Under the pieces are notes generated by a model. The model saw nothing but the letters and a program-made list of their open reading frames with translations, ran no database searches and was not told the DNA's origin. A program made the position numbers and the translations under genes. This document shows positions 17,776 through 25,444 of a DNA stretch of 32,000 nt, one piece after another; position 1 is the first letter of the stretch; every line of letters starts with the position of its first letter. The stretch spans positions 1,740,001 to 1,772,000 of the forward strand of contig NC_007517.1 in NCBI RefSeq assembly GCF_000012925.1, in the 5' to 3' direction. The DNA comes from Geobacter metallireducens GS-15 (GTDB lineage Bacteria; Desulfobacterota; Desulfuromonadia; Geobacterales; Geobacteraceae).

Positions 17776-18186
17776 TTATTGCATGAGGAACCAAAGGAGC
17801 GGAAACAGCTGGTCCGGTTCGTAGGGTTTGTGAACTATACCCGACGCACCTGCCATTGCTGCTTTTTTCCCGAAATCTTCGGGCGGGTCGGCGACACCGA
17901 GAATAACTAAAAGGCTGGGCTGATTCTCGAGCGCTGCACGGGTCAGTTCGATCCCGTCCATATCGGGAAGCAGGGCATCGGCAACTAGGACTTTCCATGG
18001 TTCATCTTTAAGCACCAAGAGCGCCTCTTCGCCGTTTTCCACGCGGGTAACCCTCAAACCGTTACGAATTAGCAACGACTCAATGGTGGCGCACTGCTTC
18101 CCTGCGGTCACGAAAAGAAAGTCGCCGCTCTCTGGCCAGGTCTCTTTCGAATTCATTTCTTCTCTGTTGTGGGCCAAATTCAGCAT
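17776..18186 (-). CDS. Single-domain response-regulator receiver protein, probably degenerate (pseudo-receiver)
   Basis: By-eye alignment to CheY shows the phospho-Asp (VLVADALLPDMDG) and the Lys (VHKPY) present. The beta1 acidic pair is replaced (FLFVTAGKQ) and the conserved Thr/Ser is replaced by Gly (LVILGVA). Its ATG overlaps the TGA of the ABC ATPase gene by 1 nt. Confidence 0.7.
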   Translation of the reverse strand: MLNLAHNREEMNSKETWPESGDFLFVTAGKQCATIESLLIRNGLRVTRVENGEEALLVLKDEPWKVLVADALLPDMDGIELTRAALENQPSLLVILGVADPPEDFGKKAAMAGASGIVHKPYEPDQLFPLLWFLMQ

Positions 18187-18851
18187 CAGATCACCCTCCC
18201 GTCCCGAATGTGAATTGTCCGGTCGGTGTACTGGCAGTTTTCCGGGTTGTGGGTCACCATCACCACGGTCTGACCCTCGTCGTTCAGTTCCCGAAAAAGG
18301 GCCATGACCGCCTCGCTGTTGGCGGTATCGAGGTTGCCGGTGGGCTCGTCGGCAAAGAGGATGTGGGGGCGGTTGACGATGGCGCGGGCGATGGCCACCC
18401 GCTCCTGTTCGCCACCGGAGAGCTGGTTCGGCAGCCGGTCCGCTTTGCCGCCGAGCCCGACCCGTTCCAGGGCCTGGAGGGCCGCTTGCCGTTTCTCGTC
18501 GCCCTTCAGGGACGCGATGGTCAGGGGGAGCATGACGTTCTCCTGGGCCGTGAGATAGGGGATCAGGTGGAACGACTGGAAGACGAAGCCGAAGTTCCCG
18601 GCCCGAAAATCGGCCAGCCGCTCCTCTCCCAAGGCGTAGAGGTCGGTTCCGTTGACCGTCACCTTGCCGCTGGTCGGGTGGTTCATGCCGCCGAGGATGG
18701 AAAGAAGGGTGCTTTTCCCTGACCCCGACTGTCCCATAATGGTGATGAACTCGCCGGTCTCGATGCCGATGTCGACCCCCCGCAGCGCCTCCACCGTCTC
18801 ATCACCGCAGGAGTAGTGCTTGGTTAGATTACTGATCTCGATGAGTGCCAT
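18186..18851 (-). CDS. ABC transporter ATP-binding protein, MacB/LolD/FtsE-like
   Basis: Walker [10 protein letters not shown], signature LSGGEQERV, Walker B ILFADEPT. 221 aa, with no fused permease. Confidence 0.9.
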   Translation of the reverse strand: MALIEISNLTKHYSCGDETVEALRGVDIGIETGEFITIMGQSGSGKSTLLSILGGMNHPTSGKVTVNGTDLYALGEERLADFRAGNFGFVFQSFHLIPYLTAQENVMLPLTIASLKGDEKRQAALQALERVGLGGKADRLPNQLSGGEQERVAIARAIVNRPHILFADEPTGNLDTANSEAVMALFRELNDEGQTVVMVTHNPENCQYTDRTIHIRDGRVI

Positions 18852-18906
18852 GGTTAAATACTCCGTTATTCTCGTTTGTCCGGTCCCTAGTCCCCGGTCC
18901 CCGCTG

Positions 18907-20067
18907 TTACAGTGCCCGCAGGGCTTCCGTGGGGTCCATACGGCTGGCGTGGAGTGCCGGATAGAGGCTCGCTAGGAGCCCCACCGTCACGGCGAGGCCG
19001 ATGGAGCCCGACGCCACCAGTCCGTCCCAGACAAGGGCCGCTTTGGCAGACTCGGCCATGAAGGGGAGGGCGAGCCGGGCCGCCCCCATTCCCGAAAGAT
19101 AGCCCAACGCGCCGGCCAGCAGGCTCACCAGGGACGCCTCCAGGAGGATGATCCGCATAATGTGGCTCTTTCTGAAACCGATGGCCCGGAAGACGCCGAT
19201 CTCGGTGGTCCGCTCGTTGACGCTCCCCATCATGGTCACGAAGACGATAAGTGAGCCGATGAAGATCACCACCCCGGCGACCCCGTAGGAGAAGCGCTTG
19301 AACTGGTCGAGGGTCTTGAGCCGCGACTCCACCACCTGCTGAATGGCGGTGACCTTCGCCTCCGGAAGCTTCTCGGCGATCTGGACGACCATGTCGCCGA
19401 TGGGGCAACCGGCGCAGAGCGCCGCCACTTCCACAAGCGTGATCTTGTCCTCCTTGCCGAGGATCTTCTGGGCCTTTTTCAGGGGCGCGAAGACCAGCGA
19501 GTCGTCCTGGGAGCCGGTCTGTTCCAGGATTCCCGCCACCTTCAGGGCCTCGCCCCCGATGGTCACCGAGTCGCCGGGGGAGAGGTGGAGCGTGTCGGCG
19601 GTGGTGCTGCCGAGGAGGATTTCGTTCTCAGTCTTCGGCTCGTCGCCGAAGATCCGCCACCACTGCTTCATCTTGAGCTCTTCCGCGAAGTTAACCCCCA
19701 CGAGGAGAACGTTTTTCTCCTTCAGAGTCGCCGCACCAAGCACCTTGGGAGAGACCGCGAGGATGTTTTTGTTGTTTTTGATCTCTCGGATTCTCGCCAG
19801 GTCCCCCTCATGGATCTCCTGCTGGTCGAAGCTTACCCGGCCGAGGCTGATGCCGCCGTAACTCATGGCCAAGTCCTCGCTTCGGGGCATGATGAGGATG
19901 TTGGCGCCGAACTCGTCCATCTTGCGGCCGATGTCGTTGGACATGGATTCGGTGAGGGTCACGAGCGTGACGATGGTGGCGATGCCGACCATGAGGCCGA
20001 TGGTGAGAAACGCCATCTTCGCTTTGCGCCGCCGCAGGTTATTGAGTGATATGGAGTGGAGTTTCAT
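18907..20067 (-). CDS. ABC transporter permease, FtsX/MacB-type with large periplasmic loop
   Basis: 386 aa. It starts MKLHSISLNNLRRRKAKMAFLTIGLMVGIATIV (typical MacB/FtsX TM1), followed by a roughly 200-aa extracytoplasmic segment and three C-terminal TM helices. Confidence 0.85.
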   Translation of the reverse strand: MKLHSISLNNLRRRKAKMAFLTIGLMVGIATIVTLVTLTESMSNDIGRKMDEFGANILIMPRSEDLAMSYGGISLGRVSFDQQEIHEGDLARIREIKNNKNILAVSPKVLGAATLKEKNVLLVGVNFAEELKMKQWWRIFGDEPKTENEILLGSTTADTLHLSPGDSVTIGGEALKVAGILEQTGSQDDSLVFAPLKKAQKILGKEDKITLVEVAALCAGCPIGDMVVQIAEKLPEAKVTAIQQVVESRLKTLDQFKRFSYGVAGVVIFIGSLIVFVTMMGSVNERTTEIGVFRAIGFRKSHIMRIILLEASLVSLLAGALGYLSGMGAARLALPFMAESAKAALVWDGLVASGSIGLAVTVGLLASLYPALHASRMDPTEALRAL

Positions 20068-20091
20068 GGTATCGATGCCTCGCCGGTCCGA

Positions 20092-20637
20092 TTAGAAATA
20101 GCGCGCTCCCTGCTGGAGATCGGAAGCCTTTACGATGATGTTCCTGCCGTCGCTGGTGGCGGGGAGGTACGAGGGATTGCAGCCGCCGACGGAGTGGGGG
20201 CCGATCCGGTTGATTTGGAACTTCTTGCCGCAGTTCTTGCACAGCATGGTGTCGCCATCTTGGACATACCCCTTCTTCTCCCGGAAGCAGACGTCGCAGG
20301 AATCAAAGGCGGTGTGAAACTGGCCGTCGCTTCCCTTCACCACGAGAAACCTGATCTCCTTGCCGCCCTCGGTGTAGCGGTAGAAGTGGGCGCTGCCGTC
20401 GGAAACTTTGGTCAATGGAATTGCTACCGTGCCGTTGACCGCCTTTACCTTCTCGACGCCGGACAAGCCGGGGAAATTGAGGGCAAACACCGTAGCTACC
20501 CCGGCCAGTAGTGCCCCTGCCACCAGAATTCCCCATTTGAAACCCTTCTTCGCTGCTTTCACGTTTACCTCCTCGCCCTCGGGCTTATTGATGGTTTCGA
20601 CCTGTCTATTTTCTTTTTCTCTCATTTTCTTCCCCAT
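20092..20637 (-). CDS. Membrane-anchored Cys-cluster protein, DUF2318-like
   Basis: It has one N-terminal TM helix (WGILVAGALLAGVATVFAL). The soluble domain carries CDVCFREKKGY...CKNCGKKF...GGC, the conserved Cys pattern I associate with DUF2318. Confidence 0.65.
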   Translation of the reverse strand: MGKKMREKENRQVETINKPEGEEVNVKAAKKGFKWGILVAGALLAGVATVFALNFPGLSGVEKVKAVNGTVAIPLTKVSDGSAHFYRYTEGGKEIRFLVVKGSDGQFHTAFDSCDVCFREKKGYVQDGDTMLCKNCGKKFQINRIGPHSVGGCNPSYLPATSDGRNIIVKASDLQQGARYF

Positions 20638-20639
20638 GG

Positions 20640-21059
20640 TCAGTTCCTTTCCGGCTTCTTGGACTTGTCACAGCAGCCACAGCCGCCACTGCGGGCCTGG
20701 GTGGGGCCGCTCATTCTGGTTTTCTCCCGGTAGCTATCGGCGCTCATGGTTTCCTGAACGGTGCTCTGGTACCCTGCATCGCTTACCGTTGCCGCCAGCT
20801 TCTGGGGGGTGGCCGTGTTGTCATGCCAGACCGATACCAGGCCAGCCTCAATGTTGACATCCACGGAAGCAACCCCCGGCACCGTTTCCAGAGATTTGGT
20901 TATCTTCGACACACAGCCGCCGCAGGAGATCCCAGTGGATTTCAGCTCCGTCACCGCCTCCGGTGAGCCTGATGAAAGCGCCGCTCCCGCACCAAGGACA
21001 ACTCCCAGCGCCGCCACCATCACCAGCCGAAAAATTTTAGATATCTGTCCTCGTCTCAT
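20640..21059 (-). CDS. Signal-anchored heavy-metal-associated (HMA) domain protein with Cys-rich C-terminal tail (copy 2)
   Basis: MRRGQISKIFRLVMVAALGVVLGAGAAL is followed by an HMA fold with the variant metal loop GISCGGCVSKI and the tail SGGCGCCDKSKK. The ATG at 21059 has GGAG 7 nt upstream. The 223-aa track ORF is an unsupported N-terminal extension. Confidence 0.8.
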   Translation of the reverse strand: MRRGQISKIFRLVMVAALGVVLGAGAALSSGSPEAVTELKSTGISCGGCVSKITKSLETVPGVASVDVNIEAGLVSVWHDNTATPQKLAATVSDAGYQSTVQETMSADSYREKTRMSGPTQARSGGCGCCDKSKKPERN

Positions 21060-21084
21060 ATGTATCTCCTTTCCCGAATACATC

Positions 21085-21513
21085 CTATATTGCATTACCG
21101 CAGCCGCCGGAGTCGCAACCGCCAGTGCCGCACCCACCGGACCGGACCACCTTCGCACCGAAATCCCGACCCGTAACCCGCCGGAAATCGGCGAGCGACA
21201 TCTGCTCCATGAGCCAGCTCTGAAATCCGGCCTTGCGGACCGCTCCGGCAAATGTCTCCGGATTGGCCGAATTGGTGTCGTACCCCACCAGAACCCACCC
21301 GCCCTTGACATCCACCTCGACCCCCGCCACCCCTTTCATCGGCTTGAGGGCCTTTTCTATCTTGCCGGCACAGCTGCCGCAGGTCATCCCGACGGTCTTG
21401 AGGGCCGCCACTGCGTTGGGGATAGGCGCAAGCCTGACGTTGAAGGCGAGATACACGAGAAGCCCCACGGCGCATGCCACCAGGATTCCGGTTCCTACTG
21501 TTCTTTTTCGCAT
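21085..21513 (-). CDS. Signal-anchored heavy-metal-associated (HMA) domain protein with Cys-rich C-terminal tail (copy 1)
   Basis: MRKRTVGTGILVACAVGLLVYLAF is followed by the canonical loop GMTCGSCAGKIEKAL and the tail SGGCGTGGCDSGGCGN. The ATG at 21513 has AGAGGAA upstream. It is a paralogue of the downstream gene, including the shared linker M-S-x-A-D-F/Y-R. Confidence 0.8.
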   Translation of the reverse strand: MRKRTVGTGILVACAVGLLVYLAFNVRLAPIPNAVAALKTVGMTCGSCAGKIEKALKPMKGVAGVEVDVKGGWVLVGYDTNSANPETFAGAVRKAGFQSWLMEQMSLADFRRVTGRDFGAKVVRSGGCGTGGCDSGGCGNAI

Positions 21514-21974
21514 GGTCAATTTCCTCTGACTCTCATCTCTTTCGCCGTCTGCCTTCGTCTGTACAGTCGAATACAAAAGCTGGGCCAATTGTAAAACTAC
21601 CTGAAATTACATAAAAAATGCCTAAATGTTATCGTTGCGGTAATTAAATGTGAGGAATAATCAACAGCACACTGTCTGATATTAGTCATGAATTGAGAGC
21701 GTAAATCAATCTTTGCAATAGTAAGCATACGAAGGCAACGGCTTGCTATAAAACTGTAGGTAAACTTTCCTGCAGAAGTCGATATAAGTTGTTGCAGAAA
21801 ATTCAACAACCGTTGTGGGATATTCCCTAATAAGTTGATTGCATAGATAATGTTATTTAAAAAAACCTTGCGATCTCGAAGTGTTAAGCAATGGCCCACC
21901 ATTTGCTAGGTACGGTACAATATTTCACGTCTTGGAGGTTTTCTGGTGCTTCTCCTGGCGGTGGAATTATATTG

Positions 21975-22015
21975 GGCGCACTCTTTGACTCCTCCTTCGG
22001 AGTGCGCCGTTTTTT
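21975..22015 (+). terminator. Intrinsic terminator with no annotated gene upstream on its strand
   Basis: GGCGCACTC (21975-21983) pairs perfectly with GAGTGCGCC (22000-22008) across a 16-nt loop, followed by gTTTTTT (22009-22015). The U-tract is on the plus strand only. Confidence 0.6.
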
Positions 22016-22095
22016 ATGCATCCATCAGGCAACGAAATGATTTTACATAGAGGCTCAGCGCCAATACACCACGCCCTGAAACAAAGGAGATTAAT

Positions 22096-22269
22096 ATGGG
22101 AAAAGTTGTTCTGATGCTCGCGATTACGGGAACTGTCGCGCTTCTGTCCGGATGCGCCGTTATTGATTTTCTCGACGGCAAGCATTTCGACAACACAACC
22201 GACTACGAAAGGCCCCAATACAACTCGGGAAGCTATGATAGCGGTCATGGCGGGGGACACTCACACTGA
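22096..22269 (+). CDS. 57-aa mini-lipoprotein with His-rich C-terminus (…SGHGGGHSH)
   Basis: AAAGGAGA lies 6 nt upstream of the ATG. The sequence is MGKVVLMLAITGTVALLSG|CAVIDFLDGKHFDNTTDYERPQYNSGSYDSGHGGGHSH, with a classical lipobox. It is too short for the ORF track. Confidence 0.6.
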   Translation: MGKVVLMLAITGTVALLSGCAVIDFLDGKHFDNTTDYERPQYNSGSYDSGHGGGHSH

Positions 22270-22290
22270 ATGAGAAAGGAGAATGCGGAA

Positions 22291-22482
22291 ATGAACGTTC
22301 GAGCTGAAGAGGTATCGTCAGGAATGCTGAGCAAGATGTTCTTTTTCAAGTTTACGGTTCTGACATCGCTGGTTCTTGGGTTGACGCTGGCTCATCCGAC
22401 AGCCACGATTGCCCACAAGGGGGCACAGAAACTCTGCTCGATCTTGATGCAGAATAATAGTGACTGCCAAAAGGCTTGCTGA
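22291..22482 (+). CDS. Small secreted three-Cys peptide (hypothetical)
   Basis: AAAGGAGAA lies 7 nt upstream of the ATG at 22291; alternative ATGs are at 22270 and 22324. The sequence is ...[52 protein letters not shown], with a hydrophobic signal-like segment and a Cys-containing tail. The start and the coding status are uncertain. Confidence 0.4.
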   Translation: MNVRAEEVSSGMLSKMFFFKFTVLTSLVLGLTLAHPTATIAHKGAQKLCSILMQNNSDCQKAC

Positions 22483-22514
22483 CAGCGCGAAAATTAAAGA
22501 GACGAGGATACTCT

Positions 22515-22664
22515 ATGAAAGCACTTCTCTTTTCGGCACTCATCATCGGCGCGTTTCTGACATCGGGATGCATGATGCTCATGCCGGGAGACCACATGGG
22601 ACACCATGGTGCACAGGACGAAGCGGCGGAGCGGCAGACCGGCAGCGGTGGTCACTCCCACTGA
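22515..22664 (+). CDS. 49-aa mini-lipoprotein, Met/His-rich, C-terminus …SGGHSH
   Basis: [18 protein letters not shown]|[31 protein letters not shown] has a lipobox, and GAGG lies about 9 nt upstream. It shares the G-G-H-S-H end with the ORF at 22096. The track ORF begins 13 codons earlier. Confidence 0.6.
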   Translation: MKALLFSALIIGAFLTSGCMMLMPGDHMGHHGAQDEAAERQTGSGGHSH

Positions 22665-22699
22665 CAACCACAATGACTCAACAAAAGGAGCAGGGGCAC

Positions 22700-23629
22700 A
22701 TGGCACAAATTTACGAGAATCTTACTGACCTGATCGGCAAAACTCCGTTGCTGAGGCTTCGCAAAGTGGCCGCGGGAATCGAGGCAGACATTGTAGCGAA
22801 GCTGGAATCGTTCAACCCCGGCGGCAGCGTCAAGGACCGGATCGGCGTGTCCATGATCCGTGATGCCGAAGGGAGGGGACTCATCAACAAAGATACGGTC
22901 ATTATCGAGCCGACCAGTGGCAACACCGGCATCGCTCTGGCCTTCGTCTGCGCGGCAAGAGGATACCGCCTGGTCCTCACCATGCCCGATACCATGAGCG
23001 TCGAGCGGCGCAATCTCCTGAAGGCCTACGGCGCCGAACTGGTTCTCACCCGGGGGGCGGAAGGGATGAAGGGTGCGATCAATAAAGCCGAGGAACTGGC
23101 CGCGGATATCCCCAACTCGTTCATACCCCAGCAGTTCCGGAACCCGGCTAACCCCCACATCCATCGTTTCACCACCGCTGAGGAGATCTGGACGGACACC
23201 GACGGCAAAGTCGACGTTTTCGTGGCCGGCGTCGGAACCGGCGGAACCGTGACCGGTGTCGGCGAGGTGCTCAAAAAGAGAAACCCGGGGGTGAAAATCA
23301 TCGCCGTGGAGCCGTTCGATTCACCGGTCCTTTCCGGCGGCCATCCCGCCCCACACAAAATCCAGGGAATCGGCGCCGGTTTCGTGCCGGAGGTATTGAA
23401 CCGTGAAGCCATTGACGAAATCTTCACGGTGAGAAACGAGGAGGCGCTGGAAACCGCCCGCCGTCTGGCCCGAGAAGAGGGGCTGCTTGTGGGGATCTCC
23501 GCGGGAGCGGCGGCTTTCGCCGCCCTGGAGGTGGCGAGGCGTCCCGAAAACAAGGGGAAGAGAATTGTTGTTGTCCTTCCCGACACCGGAGAGCGGTATC
23601 TCAGTACCGTTCTTTTCCAGGATCAGTAG
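22700..23629 (+). CDS. cysK: Cysteine synthase A (O-acetylserine sulfhydrylase)
   Basis: [23 protein letters not shown]..., the PLP-Lys motif NPGGSVKDR, the loops TSGNTG and GVGTGGT; 309 aa. AAAAGGAG lies upstream of the ATG at 22700. The 389-aa track ORF is an in-frame upstream extension. Confidence 0.92.
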   Translation: MAQIYENLTDLIGKTPLLRLRKVAAGIEADIVAKLESFNPGGSVKDRIGVSMIRDAEGRGLINKDTVIIEPTSGNTGIALAFVCAARGYRLVLTMPDTMSVERRNLLKAYGAELVLTRGAEGMKGAINKAEELAADIPNSFIPQQFRNPANPHIHRFTTAEEIWTDTDGKVDVFVAGVGTGGTVTGVGEVLKKRNPGVKIIAVEPFDSPVLSGGHPAPHKIQGIGAGFVPEVLNREAIDEIFTVRNEEALETARRLAREEGLLVGISAGAAAFAALEVARRPENKGKRIVVVLPDTGERYLSTVLFQDQ

Positions 23630-23634
23630 GAGTA

Positions 23635-23667
23635 CCCCCGCGCCCCTGCCGGGGCCTTGGGCGGGGG
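23635..23667 (+). other. GC-rich nested stem-loop after cysK
   Basis: CCCCCGC/GCGGGGG (23635-41 / 23661-67) encloses GCCCC-tgcc-GGGGC. No U-tract follows, so terminator activity is uncertain. Confidence 0.35.
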
Positions 23668-23685
23668 TGCGGGGAGGGGTAACTA

Positions 23686-24264
23686 ATGAACCGTCTTTTC
23701 ATTGTTGTAGTGATGCTCCTGGCTCCGCTTTCGGCGTGGGGCGAACTGGAATTGCCGGTAAGCGGTACAGTCACTTCCGGCGTGGGGTGGCGTGTAGACC
23801 CGTTCGGCAGTAGCAGGCTCGTTTACCACCGGGGTATCGACATCGCTGTCCCGGTCGGCACGCCGGTTCGGGCAACCCGTGGAGGACGGGTCATTCATGC
23901 TGGTCTGCATGGCGGCCATGGGCTGGCCGTCATAGTCGAAGACGACAGCGGCGGCAGGACACTCTACGGGCATAATTCCGAACTTGTCGTCCGGCCGGGA
24001 GAACGGATTGAACCTGGTGAAGTTATCGCGCGGTCAGGGAACTCGGGCAGATCAACGGGGCCCCACGTCCATTACGAGGTGTTGCGCGACGGCAGAGAAA
24101 CAATCACTGTGGCACGGGCCGACGAGGAGCTTCCCCGGCCAGCAAAAGCTGATGGAGGCCTTCGACGGCAACAGGAGCAGCGGATGGACGAGATTGTGAA
24201 TTCCATTCTGCGCGGGATCGGTTCAGCAGGAGATGGGCAGGGGGGAGGCGAACCCAATATGTAA
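23686..24264 (+). CDS. Secreted M23/LytM-family metallopeptidase
   Basis: It has a signal peptide (MNRLFIVVVMLLAPLSAWG), the HxxxD motif (YHRGIDI) and the HxH motif (GPHVHYEV). Confidence 0.85.
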   Translation: MNRLFIVVVMLLAPLSAWGELELPVSGTVTSGVGWRVDPFGSSRLVYHRGIDIAVPVGTPVRATRGGRVIHAGLHGGHGLAVIVEDDSGGRTLYGHNSELVVRPGERIEPGEVIARSGNSGRSTGPHVHYEVLRDGRETITVARADEELPRPAKADGGLRRQQEQRMDEIVNSILRGIGSAGDGQGGGEPNM

Positions 24265-24328
24265 TAGTCGGCATTCGTTGTGTTGCGGCGGCGAGAGAGG
24301 TTGTTATCCTTTGATATGAGAATGGACA

Positions 24329-25282
24329 ATGAAGAAATCTTATCTCATACATGGGGCAAAGGGCAGGGTCGTCATCTTGGTTTTATTGACGGCTGTTATC
24401 GCCTTGTTCCATTTTGTCGTGCCGACCGAGTCTCACGTCTATCATGCGCTGCATATCGTACTCCGTAAGCTCTACTTCCTCCCTCCTGTAATGGCAGGTG
24501 CCTGGTTTGGCCTAAGGGGTGCTGTCTACACGACATCGGCCGTCACAATCCTTTTTTCCCTCCATGCTTTTCTCGACTGGCCGGGGAACTACATGGAGCA
24601 GGCCAACCAGATGGGGGAACTTGCCAGTTTCTGGGTAGTAGGGCTTGTCTCCGGCTGGCTCTTCGACCGGCAGCGGGCACTTCTCGCGGAGCTTGCCACG
24701 GCCAACGAAGAGACACTCCTGGCTCTCGTTTCGGCCCTCGACATGAGGGCAAAAAACAGCCGGCTCCATTCCCTGCGGGTACGGGAAATTGCCCTCCGTC
24801 TTGCTGACCATCTGGGTGTAACCGAAAATGAAAGAAAGGCGATAGGATTTGGTGCGTTGCTGCACGAAGTGGGAAAAGTTTCAATTCACGATTCCGTGTT
24901 TACCCTCTTAAAACGGGTCGGTCTCCCGGAATTAGAACTGAAGGAAATGCGCTCGTACCCCGAAGCGGGGTATAATTTACTGCGGAAAATCGGTTTTCTC
25001 CGTGAAGCGGCAGAGATCGTCCGTGCCCACCAGGAACATTTCGACGGAAGCGGCTACCCACGCGGCCTCAGAGGGGAGGAGATTCCGCTTGGTGCAAGGT
25101 TGCTGCTGATTGCAGACACTTTCGAGAAACTCATTACCGGCATCGGTGCCGTTCAGTGCGAGGAGGCTGTCAGAATTATTCGGGAAGGTTCAGGAGGAGA
25201 ATTCGATCCGGGACTCGTGGACCTCTTTACGGGAATCGGTTGCGACGAATTGAGCCACGTGGCGAGCGCGAAAGATGAGTAG
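24329..25282 (+). CDS. Membrane-anchored HD-GYP domain protein (variant catalytic motifs)
   Basis: The N-terminal roughly 120 aa hold several TM helices. The C-terminal domain reads HSLRVREIA...LLHEVGKV...HQEHFDGSGYPRGLRGEEIPLGARLL. GYP is intact, but HD reads HE and HHE reads HQE. Confidence 0.8.
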   Translation: MKKSYLIHGAKGRVVILVLLTAVIALFHFVVPTESHVYHALHIVLRKLYFLPPVMAGAWFGLRGAVYTTSAVTILFSLHAFLDWPGNYMEQANQMGELASFWVVGLVSGWLFDRQRALLAELATANEETLLALVSALDMRAKNSRLHSLRVREIALRLADHLGVTENERKAIGFGALLHEVGKVSIHDSVFTLLKRVGLPELELKEMRSYPEAGYNLLRKIGFLREAAEIVRAHQEHFDGSGYPRGLRGEEIPLGARLLLIADTFEKLITGIGAVQCEEAVRIIREGSGGEFDPGLVDLFTGIGCDELSHVASAKDE

Positions 25283-25444
25283 TCGGAACCCGGGTATGCA
25301 TGGATTGAGCAAATTGCCGCGGTCATTCACGCTATAGTTACTGACAATGCATGTTCAGGAAGGTGCTTAAGGAGGGAGGTGATACCAAGGGGATGACGGG
25401 TGTTATTCGGTTGTAGATCATTTAAACAAGAGAGGAGAATGAAG

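Noticed and set aside
20640-21588. Long versions of the two HMA ORFs (223 aa and 167 aa in the track)
   Set aside because: The extensions overlap the neighbouring gene or read Arg/Gly/Pro-rich sequence. Internal ATGs at 21059 and 21513 have SD sequences and give standard positively charged N-terminus + TM + HMA architectures.
21597-21902. 101-aa minus-strand ORF in the AT-rich island (and 97-aa ORF 21967-22260)
   Set aside because: No SD. The amino-acid composition is typical of translated AT-rich non-coding DNA. The second ORF runs antisense through the plus-strand terminator and the first mini-lipoprotein gene. I treat the island as regulatory/ncRNA space instead.
21886-21902. Sigma-54-like TGGTGGGCCATTGC on the minus strand upstream of the HMA operon
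   Set aside because: The GG-to-GC spacing is one nucleotide short and the site is about 375 nt from the first start codon. A second near-match (TTGGCCCAGCTTTTGT, about 21570-21585) lacks the -12 GC.
22460-22699. In-frame 80-codon N-terminal extension of cysK
   Set aside because: The canonical CysK N-terminus starts at the ATG at 22700 with a good SD. The extension overlaps the separately supported mini-lipoprotein ORF, which is in a different frame.
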